This document shows, piece after piece, positions 37,301 to 49,500 of a DNA stretch of 64,000 bases. The first letter of the stretch is position 1. Every line of letters starts with the position of its first letter. A model generated the notes under the pieces. That model worked only from the letters and a program-made list of their open reading frames with translations. It was not told where the DNA came from and did no database searches. This DNA comes from Phoronis australis (Eukaryota > Animalia > Phoronida): NCBI GenBank assembly GCA_002633005.1, contig NMRA01000269.1:283169-347168 (forward strand), written 5' to 3'. Made by a program: the position numbers and the translations under genes.

Positions 37301-40110
37301 TTCTAAATTCTTTTCCCAAAAATGCTGTCACTTTTCAAAACTTCCTGTGGTTTCAAGCCATCTATCAATAATGTTAAGTTTAGAACAAAGGCATTATATC
37401 TTACTGTATTTGTACTTAGTTTTTGATATTTGGCAAATATGCATTATGCAGTCGTAATTTCACTTTCACATTAAAGAATGAAGTGATATTGACTTAAATA
37501 AAAACCCTGGCAAGGATTTGAAGTTCATTTGTGTAACGTTTCAAATTACACGATTTCATAAAAATTGCTGAATACATGGCTGATCAGTACAATGGAGCCT
37601 ATTGTGGAGATTCCAGGAAGTGTTTGTTGCTTGAAGTATTGTATTTTGAAATTAGATAGCATTGCTTTAATACGGAACAGCTCTTGAAATCCTTACTAGT
37701 TTCAGTTGCTGTTCGTCATACAATGACGCTTTTACTCATAACTCGATCTTAACTTGGCCTATATACTGCCGCTTATCAGCTGAACCAATCGATAGTTGCG
37801 TGGCTCATTTTTTCTGATCAAATACAGCTCTGTCGTTAAGACCTGCACTGGGGCAATTTGAGAAATGACTCACAACTAATCTAGTTTTTTAATGACTCTG
37901 ATTAAGAGCCAGTAATTTGACTTGGCCAATATAATTGAATTTTTGAACTAAATGGAGACTGACAGCTTGGATGCTTTAGTGAATTAGTCTCCTGTGCTAA
38001 ATTTCAGGTGCCTGTCCCGAAATGGTACATCAAGTGGCTGCAAAATTTGGTTTCACTCAGACTTTATTGATTTTTGTATACTAGATGGGATTTGTTCCTG
38101 GAGGTGCTATTGTTTCTGAAAAATAAAATCTCCACAAAGTTTAATTAAAGTCCTCCCAGTACTAGAGAACTCTACATTTGACTAACAACAACTTTGGCTT
38201 CAAACAAGGCACCATTGTCTATCTCACCAGTTGTCTTTCATCAGCAAAATATCCCACTGCAAGATTCAGACGTCAGTCAGTTACTCCTGATGTAACCTAC
38301 ATGATTCTTCCATTAAAAACAAATCACTTGTGGTTGGTTGGTCATTGATTGTAACCTTTGTCGGGTGGTTGGCATCATCTTGCAGTCACCAGAAAACGAC
38401 TTCAACATGGGCACTTGAGGCAATAGACTTTCTGTCTTTTGACAAGAGTAGTCCTGTCAGTTTTGTGTGCCAGAATGTCATTCTGTTTGCCACTGAATAT
38501 AAGGGTCTGACATCCTTAAAGTGCGACTACTTTGGACATCTACGGCATATGGTATTCCTGAGTTGGGTTTTAGTTCTGCAGTTTGGGACAGGGAAATTAA
38601 TTATTTTGCTCAAGGCCAGAGCTTGTTTTAGAAATTGGCTGTCTCAAATTCAAGAATTGCGTTCAACAAACAATCGTAACTTCTGTTTTATACCTGTGAT
38701 GAGGATGCCTGAATACGTCGCATTGGCCGTTTTTTTTTATTGATTTCATGAGCTACGAAGTTTACTTTAAGACTATTGATGCAAAAACTGTGTCCGATAT
38801 TTTAGAAATATGATGAACGACACAATCAACCATCTTTCAATGTTTCTGTGTTATTGCTTACCCACAAGGTTCACAGCTATCAGTGGTCTTATTCAGCTCA
38901 ACTACCAAAAGCAGACCATTACTCATAACAGTAGATCTGGGTCTTTGACCAGGTTTACTCTTGACTTGAGTGTCAGCTGGAAGACCAAAAGGGGTGCAGT
39001 CCCAGAGACAATTTCCTGGCCAGCTATTGCCGTGCCTTACAAGCAGAGTCCCATGATGTCACTAACTTGCATTCCCAGTACTGGCTGTTGGTCAGCTGGT
39101 TTGGTAAAATCTCTGTTAAGTGTTTAGAACAGCATTTGACATACATGTGAATTCTTATTTTCTCACTTTTTCATAAATGCTACGAGGTACAAGAATGTTG
39201 CCTTGCCATGTCCAAGCTCTGTATCGTGGTTGCCAAAAATTGTGGGCATTCACAGCTATGTTGGAAGCCATAGAAAACAAAAGAATAACACAATTTTGCA
39301 TTTTCTGTCCTAAGTTGGTGAGTTTTTATGGTAAAGTTCTACCATTTTGGACAGAAATTATTGCCAAGATTGCTTGTTATACATTTTTCGTAGGCTTCTG
39401 TTGCCGTAGTGGATGCATAACGTTTCTCAAAGCATTGTCCAATGACAGCTACGGTACAGAACTTAAAACTGATGAAGACTCTATTTTGTGCTGTCTATCT
39501 TTAATGGAAAAAATTAAAGAAATAAGTTTTCACTTGCCTGCCCTATTGTGTCCTATATATTGGGGAGATCTCATAACGTTGCATTGACTATATTGACTGG
39601 CAGATCATTGATTGTGCTTAGTGAGAATTGAGAAATGCTGTCCGAGGCAGTGTTTCATTTATGGCGTCCTCAAATGAACTACGAAGCTGTGACCCATTTC
39701 ACTGGTTGGTTCCCGATCCGATGGCATTGATCTGATTTCTTCGTCTTAGAAGTAGCTAGTGGACAACCGAACGTACTTAGAGTTCCTTCCTGGTAATACA
39801 CTTATTAGTCCTTGTCGTAAACTGTGTGTAATGACTCACCAGTAACTGAGCCTAATTGTTGACCAGCTGACTACGTGATTTCCTGGGAAGTTAAAACATT
39901 TAGTTCTGATTAACGAGCTCATCGATCTCGTTGTGCTTCGAAAATGATCGTTTCATAGACGCAGTATTTGCGGAACACGCAAAAGGTTATTTCATTAAAT
40001 GTGTGTATATCATATTGTGTATGTGACACTAACTGTGCATTTGTTATCATTTGCGATAAAATATGTACAGACTATCAGACTGTCACAAATTTATGCAATT
40101 TATAAAGAAA

Positions 40111-40366
40111 CGGCTAGGAGTTCCACTCTTCTAAGAGAATGTCCTCTTTTTTGATTTTGATTTCCTCTTATTTGTTTTCTAATTTCTTATTTTTTTGTCT
40201 CTTTTAATCATTATTTTGACTTCATTCATGCAAAAACGTTTAATTCAGTTGAATCTTAGGACAAAACAAGGACTATTCTATCACACAAGCCTATATATTT
40301 ATTTGTGGAACGATACACCACCTGGAAAATTTTCCGCTTTTTTAACATTGGTCATTACAAGCCCTG
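40111..40366. mobile_element. Degenerate MITE related to 30897 copy, ending GGTCATTACAAGCCCTG
   Basis: 3' end resembles family-B terminus ggtcattccaagccctg; body similar to 30930-31090. Confidence 0.6.
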
Positions 40367-42129
40367 AAAAAATAAGTGTAGTCCGTAACATGGGGTGGAA
40401 AATAAATCTCATAATTGTTTATGTGTAATACATCTGCATATAAGAGCCCTGCAGCGTGCATCAAAGGGGTTTCTGATGGGCTCAAATTGATGAGTTTTTT
40501 ATAAGAAAGTTAGTCACTCTGATGAGTCATGTGTTATCTCAGCATGCTGTCAAGTGTGTCAAATGTTATATGCAGCTTATAGCAGGGAGTAGCTGTCATG
40601 CAGCTTATTGGAAAAGTTATATTTCATTTGTTTAGCGCATGACACACCTCAGCTAGAGGATTGCTAGAACTTCTCTTGCGTGTTACTGGGCTTGTGAATT
40701 AGTGAGAGGCGGAAACGCTACGGTGGATTTGCCGTCGGTAATTCCTGGAAAGGTAGATTCTAGCAGGCTGTACACATAGGGAGGCAAAGTGAACGAAACG
40801 TGGAGCAACCTGTTTGCAAACTCGGCAAAATTTATGCCCAAACAAGATTTTTTTGGAAACGGAAAAAATGTGTTAACTTAACTCATCAGGTGCAAATTGA
40901 AGGTAAGGTAAAAGTTACATCTATTGTTCAAAGAAGTTTTTATGTTCATAGTTGTTCACTATTGTGATCTGTAAAGTGAGAAAATAAAGAACTGCACAAG
41001 ATTTTCCCCAATGTCAATGTCGCGCATAAGTTCACTATTGGCTGCCAGATATTCAGTCAAGAAAACTGGTTCTCAAAAATTGATCATGGTATATCTGACT
41101 ATTGCTGAACAAATCCATCAGAAGAAACTTGTTCTTGACACCAGAATATCTTTTTGCAACTTTGACTGGCTAATTCCTTCTCTTTCATCACGGCTGACGT
41201 CATTGCTGCTTGGTGACTTAGTGTGTCAGTTGTCGTAGTTGTAGCCGATGTTTAAGACACGACACTTTTAAGACATGACTCATAACTATATCCTTCTCAT
41301 GTTCAACATGCTTTGAATTTCTACAGAAATAGACAGTGCTTTGTAGTTGCTAGGATACGGTTGGGGTATCTTGTAATGGATGTTTGGTGATGGTTTTGAT
41401 GCCATTTTTGGAATATGCGCGAGATAAAATGCTGAAGTTGTCGTTTGTAATGTATGCAACTCTTCAACAATTTGTCCGCGAACCTTACCACATTTATCCA
41501 ACCGAATATCCATAACTAACGCTACGTGGCACGTTGCTTAGCTGTTTCGCTTGACTGACATAAATTGTATTCTGAACCGTCTAAAGGTTAATACCCATAG
41601 TTGGACTAGAGCTTACGGAATCTTGTTTTATGTTGGGGTATTAAAACTGTCCTTATCATTTACCTGGTTGACTTGTAGTCCCAATAGCAGTTGATGGGTA
41701 TATTCCGCTGCTAGCGAATGCTAAGTGCCCAGGCATTTGTCTTGTTATCTGATTTTGAGACATCACCCCTGCTTCCTATTGTGATTTACAGTTGAAACTT
41801 TTTGTTCACCTGTTTGGGAGAAATGGATACTTTGTACATCCAGGCTTGCATATTCAGCATTTCTGAAGTGTAATTTTAGAAGTTTATATATCTTTCATGT
41901 AAAATCTGTTATGGGTGTGAAGGCACTGTCGTTGGAACTAGAAATCAGTGGTGGATTTAAACTGAGGGTATCAATGTACAGTTTTTCATGGCTTAAATGG
42001 ACATTTCCCTTTAGAAATTGTTGTGAGGCACCCCCTTATAACATCCCAGATAAACGTGTGAACGTGAAATTTATTTGTCGTTGTACACAAGCTGCCTTCT
42101 TAGAGTTTTACTGTTATGTGTCTTTACAG

Positions 42130-42425
42130 AGACGTCCCCTCAAAAAGATGTTGGATCTGATGAGCCTGAACTTCTATCTTGCGACGAACCTAAGGAAAGT
42201 CCCGGCGAATGCGCACCATTAGAAGAATTAGTTGTCGATGCAGAGGCGTCCACTAGTCCCGACACTCGTCTTCCCTGGGGAGCAGTGAAAGAGAAAATGG
42301 CGTTCCCGGCGAATATCAAGGTGGACTCGGGGATCCGCCCCGGGGAGTTTGTTCTGCGGACACTGTTCGCTGAGTTCACAGTCCAAGCGGGACGGAAGAT
42401 TGAAATGGTGCTGGCAGAACCTCTG
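42130..42425 (+). CDS. fry: furry exon 2 (ETSPQKD...LPWGAVKEKMAFPANIKVDSGIRPGEFVLRTLFAEFTVQAGRKIEMVLAEPL)
   Basis: tctttacAG acceptor, CTG|GTGAGG donor; 3' half matches FRY [37 protein letters not shown]. Confidence 0.93.
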
Positions 42426-42544
42426 GTGAGGAGACAATGCTTTGATTGTATTGAGTGGCATAAAGGTGACGCTCCCATAGTTTTCCATCTTTTAGGCTTT
42501 AGTTTTGCACTCTTTTTACTGGTGGTTAGTAAAGAACGATGAAA

Positions 42545-42763
42545 GATGAAATTGGAGCAGGATGCTATGGAAGGCAGAAAAGGGCATCGTGAATGCTGTA
42601 AATGGTGCGTTATTGCCGCCCATAACTTACCTTCAAACTGTGTTCAAAACTGGATGAAATTGGAGCAGGATGCTATGGAAGGCAGAAAAGGGCATTGTGA
42701 ATGCTGTAAATGGTGTATTATTGCCGCCCATACATAGCTTATCTTCAAACTGTGTTCATAACT
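42545..42763 (+). repeat. Direct tandem duplication, ~108 bp unit x2
   Basis: gatgaaattggagcaggatgctatggaaggcagaaaagggcat at 42545 and 42653. Confidence 0.9.
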
Positions 42764-42881
42764 AAGGGAAATGTGATGTATGTTAGTCAACCTTTAATAT
42801 GCACTATGCCTTCTTGTCCAGATTCACATCAAGGCTGTCTATATTTTATATTTCGTCTGTGCGACCAAAATGACGGGTGAA

Positions 42882-43248
42882 TTTTTATGCGCCCACATAT
42901 TTATATGTGGACGCATTATGCCGTCATCTCCGTCCGTCCGTTCGGCGTCCGTCCGGCATCCGCTGCTCTATCTCCTAAACCCACTGCAGGATCTTTATTA
43001 AATTTAGTAAGTGTATTTTTTGAAGATAACAACAGACTAGTGGCAATTTCATTTTATTCTGTTTTCCGTTGTTTCTCTGAAGTTCCTTGACAGATTTTTA
43101 TGAAATATGGCATGTTCCTGTTTTTGGATGGATTATATGTTTTTGCGCCATCTAGTGGCCATTTTTATGATGCAAATAGATAACCCTAAAAGCACACCAT
43201 TTGCAATGCATTTGTGGGTGCATTTCAACGTTCCGCGTTGCTCTTGTT
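42882..43248 (+). mobile_element. Helentron-associated interspersed element (HINE / DINE-1-like)
   Basis: 5' TTTTATGCGCCCAC with nearby inverted GTGGACGCATTAT, (CCGT)n microsatellite, 3' GTGGGTGCAT subterminal IR, CAACG..CGTTG stem-loop, CTTGTT end. Confidence 0.75.
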
Positions 43249-43993
43249 GGTTTTTACTTTAAATTCAAAATCATGAACCTTCATTTTAGTGGTGTTGCAT
43301 TTTATTCTGGTGTTGCTCTTCTGTGCTACATGTTTGCATCGGTGGTATGAGCTCCTATTTAAGTACAACATCTACAAGGCTCACTAACAATAGTGTAATC
43401 AATTCTGTACCTGGTTCAATGGATCACATGTTGGTCACACCAGTATACACAGGTTTGCAATATAACAATTGTTTCATCTGGGCTAAAGTGGAACTTGCAG
43501 GCAAATTTCCTTATCTCTATGAATGTTTGTCCAAATTAGTTAGAAACGCAGACAGTATGAATATGAATTAGGTTGAAAATTGCCAAATGTTTTTAATGCA
43601 AATCACTGAACCATGTCCAGTAAGTATCGTGGCGTGGTGCTGATGCATAACACTGCATGATGTGGGCTATGTGAGCCCACACCTCGCGTCATTTGTGCAA
43701 AGGTCACCTATTTGCAGAATTTTTTATTTTCATATTTACAAGTTGTCAATGAATACAAATGCACTTTGTTTAGTGTAGATTATGTTAAATAGCATTGTCG
43801 TTTAGTTTCTGTGATACATTAGCATAGCTAGGAGCATCCAAACAGTTTAATCAAGATACATTTTTCTTGGCAGCTAAAATGTATGCAGCCTCTATTTTGT
43901 TAAACACAGGTGTAATGAAATTTTACGTATCAAGGTGTAACTCACTATGTGCTCCTCTCTGCGATTAACTTTTTGGGTAAAATTTTCTTTCAG

Positions 43994-44047
43994 GAGCGAA
44001 CGTTATCTAAGTCCTTACAAAGGGGTGAAGATTTCTTGTTTGATCAG
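43994..44047 (+). CDS. fry: furry exon 3, copy a (ERTLSKSLQRGEDFLFDQ)
   Basis: ttttctttcAG / CAG|GTACGG; 54 nt, phase 0-0; matches FRY EKPLTKSLQRGEDPQFDQ. Confidence 0.9.
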
Positions 44048-44435
44048 GTACGGTAATTTTTCACCCATGATGCAACTGGTCGTGATGCAATCTTTAGCGG
44101 CTTCAGAACTGCATTTTGATGTAGATAGCTAGTAGTAGAAGTCTTGTAACAGGATTTGGTATCGGCTTTTCATTCTGTTGGTGGCGCGTCTTTATTGAAT
44201 TCTTCATTATCTGCAGCGGTGAAAATGTTATCAACTTATAGCAACTCGGCAGTCGGTAGATTAGCAGTATTGTTTGAACCGATTATCTTATTAGTGCTAA
44301 TGAGTCGTCTGTAGTCCTCAATCTTGTACTTGAAGAGGTGGCTTAATGGAAAAGTTTAAAAACTGTTCTCTTCAAAAGTTAAAGATTATTTGTAAGAACG
44401 GTCGACCAAGCATTTTTTGTCCAATTGTATTGCAG

Positions 44436-44578
44436 TTGCTGAGTGCCCTTGGTAACGTGTCGGAGCATTGTCTGCCGTCACTGTTGCAGACATTATTTGC
44501 CTGGTTGGAGAAACAAAGTCCTGGCGAGGATAGTGGACAGCAGGCAGATCAGAAAACAAACAAGGCTAAGAATAAAGG
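44436..44578 (+). CDS. fry: furry exon 4, copy a (LLSALGNVSEHCLPSLLQTLFAWLEKQ...KNKG)
   Basis: attgcAG acceptor; AGG|GTATCT phase-2 donor required to join exon 5; matches FRY SEYCLPSILRTLFDW. Confidence 0.88.
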
Positions 44579-46008
44579 GTATCTGACCATTTTATTCACA
44601 CTTAAGAATGTCGCTGTTTTTCGGAACTGTAGTGAAGCAGTTGACTACCTTCGTTACGAAGGATCACATTTCTTGTCTGCAAAAATTTTCACGTGTCCGG
44701 GTAGTTATACTGAACTCAGTAAAGTAAATGACTTGTAGAAAGAAAAGGTAGTCAAATGACCTCAGACGTTTGGGATTTATTGTGATCCATGTAATGTGTC
44801 CCTGTGATTGTCAAGGATTCAAAAAGTGTATGGTTAGAGCTGTGACATGTGGTCATCGGTCACCATGGTAATCAGTTTCCTCCATATGAGTATGTATTTG
44901 TAAAACCTAAACCCTAGGTTATATTAATTATAAGAAGATAAATCTACTAATCTGGTACTAGCTGAGGTTTGCGTTACAGAGCATTGCTGCCAGACCCGTC
45001 TGATCTACGGCGTTTTTCAAACTCGTTCTGCAGGTATCAAACAGAAAGTGATCATCAGTTTCAATATCCAGTGTTTTTCACTTTATGTTATCCATGTTGC
45101 CCGGTNCCCACTAGTGGCAATTTCATTTTATTCTGTTTTCCTTTGTTTCTCTGAAGTTCCTTGACAGATTTTTATGAAATATGGCATGTTCCTGTTTTTG
45201 GATGGATTGTATGTTTTTGCGCCATCTAGTGGCCATTTTTATGATACAAGTAGATAACCCTAAAAGCACATCAAAATCATGAACCTTCATTTGAGTGATG
45301 TTGCATTTTATTCTGGTGTTGCTCTTCTGTGCTACATGTTTGCATCGACGTTATGAGCTCGTATTTAAGTGTAACATCTATAATGCTAACTAACAATAGT
45401 GTAATCAATTCTGTACCTGGTAGTCTGTGTGTTCAATGGATCACATGTTGGTCACACCAGTATACACAGGTTTGCAATATAACAATTGTTTCATCTGGGC
45501 TAAAGTGGAACTTGCAGACAAATTTCCTTATCTCTGTGAATGTTTAGCCAAATTAGTTAGAAGCACAGACAGTGTGAATATGAATTCAGTTGAAAATTGC
45601 CAAATGTTTTTAACGCAAATCACTGAACCATGTCCAATAAGTATCGTGGCGTAGTGCTGAGGCATAACACTGCATGATGTGGGCTATGTGAGCCCGCACC
45701 TCGCGTCATTTGTGCAAAGGTCATTTATTTGCAGAATTTTTTATTTTCACATTTACAAGTTGTCAATGAATACAACTGCACTTTGTTTAGCGTAGATTAT
45801 GTTAAATAACATTGTCCGTTTAGTTTCTGCAATACATTAGCATAGCTAGGAGCATCCAAACAGTTTATTCAATTATTTTTCTTGGCAGCTAAAATGTATG
45901 CAGCCTTTATTTTGTTTAACATGGGTGTAATGAAATTCTACGTATCAAGGTGTAACTCACTATTTGCTCCACTCTTCGATTAACTTCTTGTTTAAAATTT
46001 TCTTTCAG

Positions 46009-46062
46009 GAGCGAACGTTGTCCAAGTCCTTACAAAGGGGTGAAGATTTCTTGTTTGATCAG
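46009..46062 (+). CDS. fry: furry exon 3, copy b (identical peptide; 2 synonymous differences)
   Basis: Duplicate of 43994-44047 with intact splice sites; TTA TCT vs TTG TCC. Confidence 0.85.
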
Positions 46063-46449
46063 GTACGGTAATTTTTCACCCATGATGCAATTGGTCGTGA
46101 TGCAATCTTAGCGGCTTCAGAACTGCATTTTGATGTGGTTAGCTAGTAGTAGAAGTCTTGTGACAGGATTTAGTATCGGCTTTTCATTCTGTTGGTGGCG
46201 CGTCTTTATTGAATTCTTCATTATCTGCAGCGGTGAAAATGTTATCAACTTATAGCAACTCGGCAGTCGGTAGATTAGCAGTATTGTTTGAACCGATTAT
46301 CTTATTAGTGCTAATGAGTCGTCTGTAGTCCTCAATCTTGTACTTGAAGAGGTGGCTTAATGGAAAAGTTTAAAAACTGTTCTCTTCAAAAGTTAAAGAT
46401 TATTTGTAAGAACGGTCGACCAAGCATTTTTTGTCCAATTGTATTGCAG

Positions 46450-46592
46450 TTGCTGAGTGCCCTTGGTAACGTGTCGGAGCATTGTCTGCCGTCACTGTTG
46501 CAGACGTTATTTGCCTGGTTGGAGAAACAAAGTCCTGGCGAGGATAGTGGACAGCAGGCAGATCAGAAAACAAACAAGGCTAAGAATAAAGG
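46450..46592 (+). CDS. fry: furry exon 4, copy b (identical peptide; 1 synonymous difference)
   Basis: Duplicate of 44436-44578; ACA vs ACG (Thr); same splice sites. Confidence 0.85.
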
Positions 46593-49500
46593 GTATCTGA
46601 CCATTTTATTCACACTTAAGAATGTCGCTGTTTTTCGGAACTGTAGTGAAGCAGTTGACTACCTTCGTTACGAAGGATCACATTTCTTGTCTGCAAAAAT
46701 TTTCACGTGTCCGGGTAGTTATACTGAACTCAGTAAAGTAAATGACTTGTAGAAAGAAAAGGTAGTCAAATGACCTCAGACGTTTGGGATTTATTGTGAT
46801 CCATGTAATGTGTCCCTGTGATTGTCAAGGATTCAAAAAGTGTATGGTTAGAGCTGTGACATGTGGTCATCGGTCACCATGGTAATCAGTTTCCTCCATA
46901 TGAGTATGTATTTGTAAAACCTAAACCCTAGGTTATATTAATTATAAGAAGATAAATCTACTAATCTGGTACTAGCTGAGGTTTGCGTTACAGAGCATTG
47001 CTGCCAGACCCGTCTGATCTACGGCGTTTTTCAAACTCGTTCTGCAGGTATCAAACAGAAAGTGATCATCAGTTTCAATATCCAGTGTTTTTCACTTTAT
47101 GTTATCCATGTTGCCCGGTGCCCCGCCTTATCTCTTCATGAAAATGAACCTAACCAGTCATGAGGAAATAAAGGGTGCGAGCCCATCCCATGTTTCCACA
47201 AATAGGTTTTCACACCTTGTAAATTTACCTGTAAAGCAGAATTATTGATTAAGTTAATGACTGGGGGAACAGAGCTCTTTATGTTTCCAGTGAACATAAT
47301 CTGAGGAGTCCGCTGTAAACAGGAACTGTAGGCGTATATATACAAATCCAACTTTAAAACGGTTTTGCAACTTGTGTCAAAACAACAGGACTGTTTTCGT
47401 AGCCATTACCAAAGCCACTAAAATCCATTGCTAGCAGGGTTTAACTTAATAATAGTTCCACAAGGTTGTTATGTTTTGAAGTCATCGAGAGGTCATTCCT
47501 CCTCTGTTTAGGTATCTGACTTTTAAGATATTCTGTTACACTAGTCTGTTTCACAATTGTACCTATAGACCATGAAGTTCACAACCAAACGTGACGAATA
47601 TCGTGTTCCGCTACGCAACTTAACAGCAGTCTAGAGGGAGCTTAGTTTCCACAACTTTTTCCCAGAAAAGAAAAAAGAATTGAGAGAAAATGGTGGTGGA
47701 TTGTCAAACGATGCATTGGGGGACACTTGGCCTAGATAGGTCTCGTCTTACTTTTTCGATCACTGTCGATGAATGAAGCGTTTGTTGCTTAGCCCAAAAA
47801 GCACAATCATAGAAAGATGTGACGCTTATTAATTTCAGGGAACTTTTAATAACCCCCGGCTTTTATTGGAAAACTGGCTTTTATTAGCTGTTTTACGGTT
47901 CTTTGTATGTCTGACTTTTCGATCCTATTTAAGTAAATTTGCTTTAAACCACACTAGAATGGTTAACGAAGCTTTGATGATAGACATTGATTATTCTATG
48001 GTCATATACATCCAAATTGGTCACTTATGCATCGTTATTAAGTTGCTCCTGTTTTGTAACATTAGCCATTAAATTAGACCAAGAAATACCCCAGGCCCAG
48101 ACATGACTTGTAGACTACAGCTGCCTGTATCCATCCAGCATTCATGTACTATAACAGCTATGAACTTTTATACATGATATTTGAATCGTTTGTTCAACTG
48201 TTCATTCCCGGAGATGGTGAAGCCGTTTTTGACAAATTCTTTAACAGAGTCAAAATTAAATGCGGTATTAATGACGGTTGACCTGTACAGGAAGTGGAGG
48301 CAGCCATTACGCTACCGGGTGTAGCCTCCCTTTCGTATTTCACATGAATATTAATGAGATCTTTTTAAGAATGGGCTATATATAGCCGAGGAAAAGTGGA
48401 GATCACAAGACTGCCAAGTGACGCCCACTTGTTTATAAGTTACCCAAGTACTGAGTGTGTTAAACAATCATGTCCTCTTTTGAAAATGAAACCAGCTAAA
48501 ACTAGCCTTTGCGAAGATGCATTCGTGGTGATAATAATTTCTTGTTGGGGCATGCTAAATTCAGTTCTAGTCACTGTCAAATGCCCAGATGCTTTGACAG
48601 CATCTGTGTAGTGTTTATTAGCTGGAGAGTGGCATTAGTACTCAGTGCTTTATTAAGTTTTATCATACATCTGCTGAATATCTGACTCGTTTGTTTCAGC
48701 CATCTACATCTTCCTCATTGTTATTGTATATATTTTTATCTGCGCTATACGAAATTACAAAGTTACGGTTAAATCTCACTAAGATTAGGACACAATGTTT
48801 TTGATAACAGATGAGAGGACGGAATAAATGCTTTGTGGTTTATATGTTGTTTTCCCATTGTTTTGAGAAATTGTGGGCAATATAAGAAGCTTTTGAAAAA
48901 TGATAAAAGATTAATTTTGTTAATTATTTTTCTCCGATATTGGTAAGAGTTTACCATACTTTTTTATTTCAAGTGTTTTTTGTTGATTGAAAGTCTTCAC
49001 AACAGTCAAAGCGTATGCCATATTTACGCGTAAATTAATATTTCTTTCACAATAAACTACTGCATCTTTTATTTTTACTGTAAAATCTCACCAATTTCGG
49101 ACAAAAATAATTGAGGAATTTGACCTATTTTCATTTTTCAAAAGCTTGTAACAATATTCTGATTGCCCGCAGTTGTTCAAAATATTATTTAATGGTTGCC
49201 ATGGGAATGTGAAAATGCTGAAGCATTTATTCGGTGCAACTTATTTTTTGTGGAAAAGTAACAAAATAAAGTTTCAGTAATTCACCACACAGCGTCCTAA
49301 GGTGGTGGGACTTAACCATAATGCTTCTCAGTCAGTGAAACATGCTGCCAGGAAATTGTCTGAATTTGCAATTGATTCACGTAGATGTTGTGTCTTTCAT
49401 TTTCAATGTTTACGTTTTTGTGAGGTCACAAGTGGGCAACGCCTCACCCAAGCGTTTGTCAATGCCCAAGTGCTCTCCACACACAGACTTACCTTAGAAC

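Larger units (their letters stand above)
43036..47119 (+). repeat. ~2 kb tandem duplication (43036-45105 and 45110-47119) containing exons 3-4, joined at n 45106
   Basis: Both copies begin actagtggcaatttc and end tgttgcccggt; scattered SNPs/indels in first half, near-identity in second half. Confidence 0.95.

Noticed and set aside
38330-39587. Three 100-137 aa + strand ORFs in the long intron as a nested gene
   Set aside because: No recognisable homology, intron-like composition, no coherent splice or phase chain
42545-42763. Direct repeats resembling a CRISPR-like or coding repeat (MKLEQDAMEGRKGH..ECCKWC x2)
   Set aside because: Two adjacent 108-bp copies without spacers in a eukaryotic intron; simple tandem duplication
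44346-44738. 130-aa ORF (and twin at 46360-46752) as stand-alone duplicated genes
   Set aside because: Only the central 143 nt is furry exon 4; the rest is intron read-through
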